The notes under the pieces were generated by a model. It worked only from the letters and a program-made list of their open reading frames with translations, made no database searches and was not told the origin of the DNA. A DNA stretch of 15,259 nt from Elusimicrobiota bacterium (lineage in GTDB: Bacteria; Elusimicrobiota; Elusimicrobia; UBA1565), in assembly GCA_043819795.1 (NCBI GenBank), contig JBDREN010000175.1:1-15259 (forward strand), in the 5' to 3' direction. A program made the translations under genes and the position numbers. Below are positions 15,105-15,259 of this stretch, in pieces (position 1 is the first letter of the stretch; each line of letters begins with the position of its first letter).

Positions 15105-15259
15105 TCAGGCCGCCGCCCACTCTCCCGGTTCGGGGTCGATGCCGTGCCAGCGCTCCGCAATGGGATCGACCTGCGAAGCCTTGTCGCGGAATGGAAGTGG
15201 CGGAGCCCGCGCCGGCTTGTTCGTGGGGAACTCCGTCGAAACTCCGAGGTGCGCGAGCA
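15105..15259 (-). CDS. C-terminus of an IS91/ISCR-like rolling-circle transposase (partial; runs off the window)
   Basis: Minus frame not in the ORF track: LAHLGVSTEFPTNKPARAPPLPFRDKASQVDPIAERWHGIDPEPGEWAAA* (stop 15107-15105). L-x-H-L-G...P-A-R-A-P-P is the characteristic IS91-like C-terminal motif. Confidence 0.75.
   Translation of the reverse strand, partial: LAHLGVSTEFPTNKPARAPPLPFRDKASQVDPIAERWHGIDPEPGEWAAA

Noticed and set aside
14752..15120. 122-aa minus-strand ORF
   Set aside because: Crosses an IS terminus, a promoter and a compositional boundary; low complexity and no motifs.

Overview
High-GC bacterial mosaic of host genes and accessory DNA, described left to right. (1) The 5' part of an initiator-type tRNA-Met on the minus strand. 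(2) A decayed integrative island (~164-3447). It holds a tyrosine integrase with an apparent N-terminal deletion/frameshift and an AbiE-like (type IV) antitoxin-nucleotidyltransferase toxin pair with two GTTTAC-N6-GTAAAC operators. A coupled DUF429-like RNase H-fold gene follows, apparently truncated and joined to the C-terminal remnant of a second nucleotidyltransferase. (3) An LpxL/HtrB-like acyltransferase, probably leaderless, and a spermidine-synthase-like methyltransferase. (4) An operon of three exported caspase-like (C14) proteases, all with intact His/Cys dyads. Two share an unnamed N-terminal domain; the operon is flanked by an imperfect direct repeat and lies next to a broken response-regulator gene. 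(5) Convergent inositol-3-phosphate synthase and inositol monophosphatase-family genes. (6) A strongly palindromic ~190-bp non-coding element. (7) A complete ISKra4-like IS (12275-14840, 23-bp TIRs) with two tandem DUF6788-like zinc-motif genes. (8) The 3' end of an IS91-like rolling-circle transposase, missing from the ORF track, with an outward promoter. Family assignments come from motif recognition only; no searches were run. The caspase expansion suggests Elusimicrobiota-like genomes, but that is a guess.
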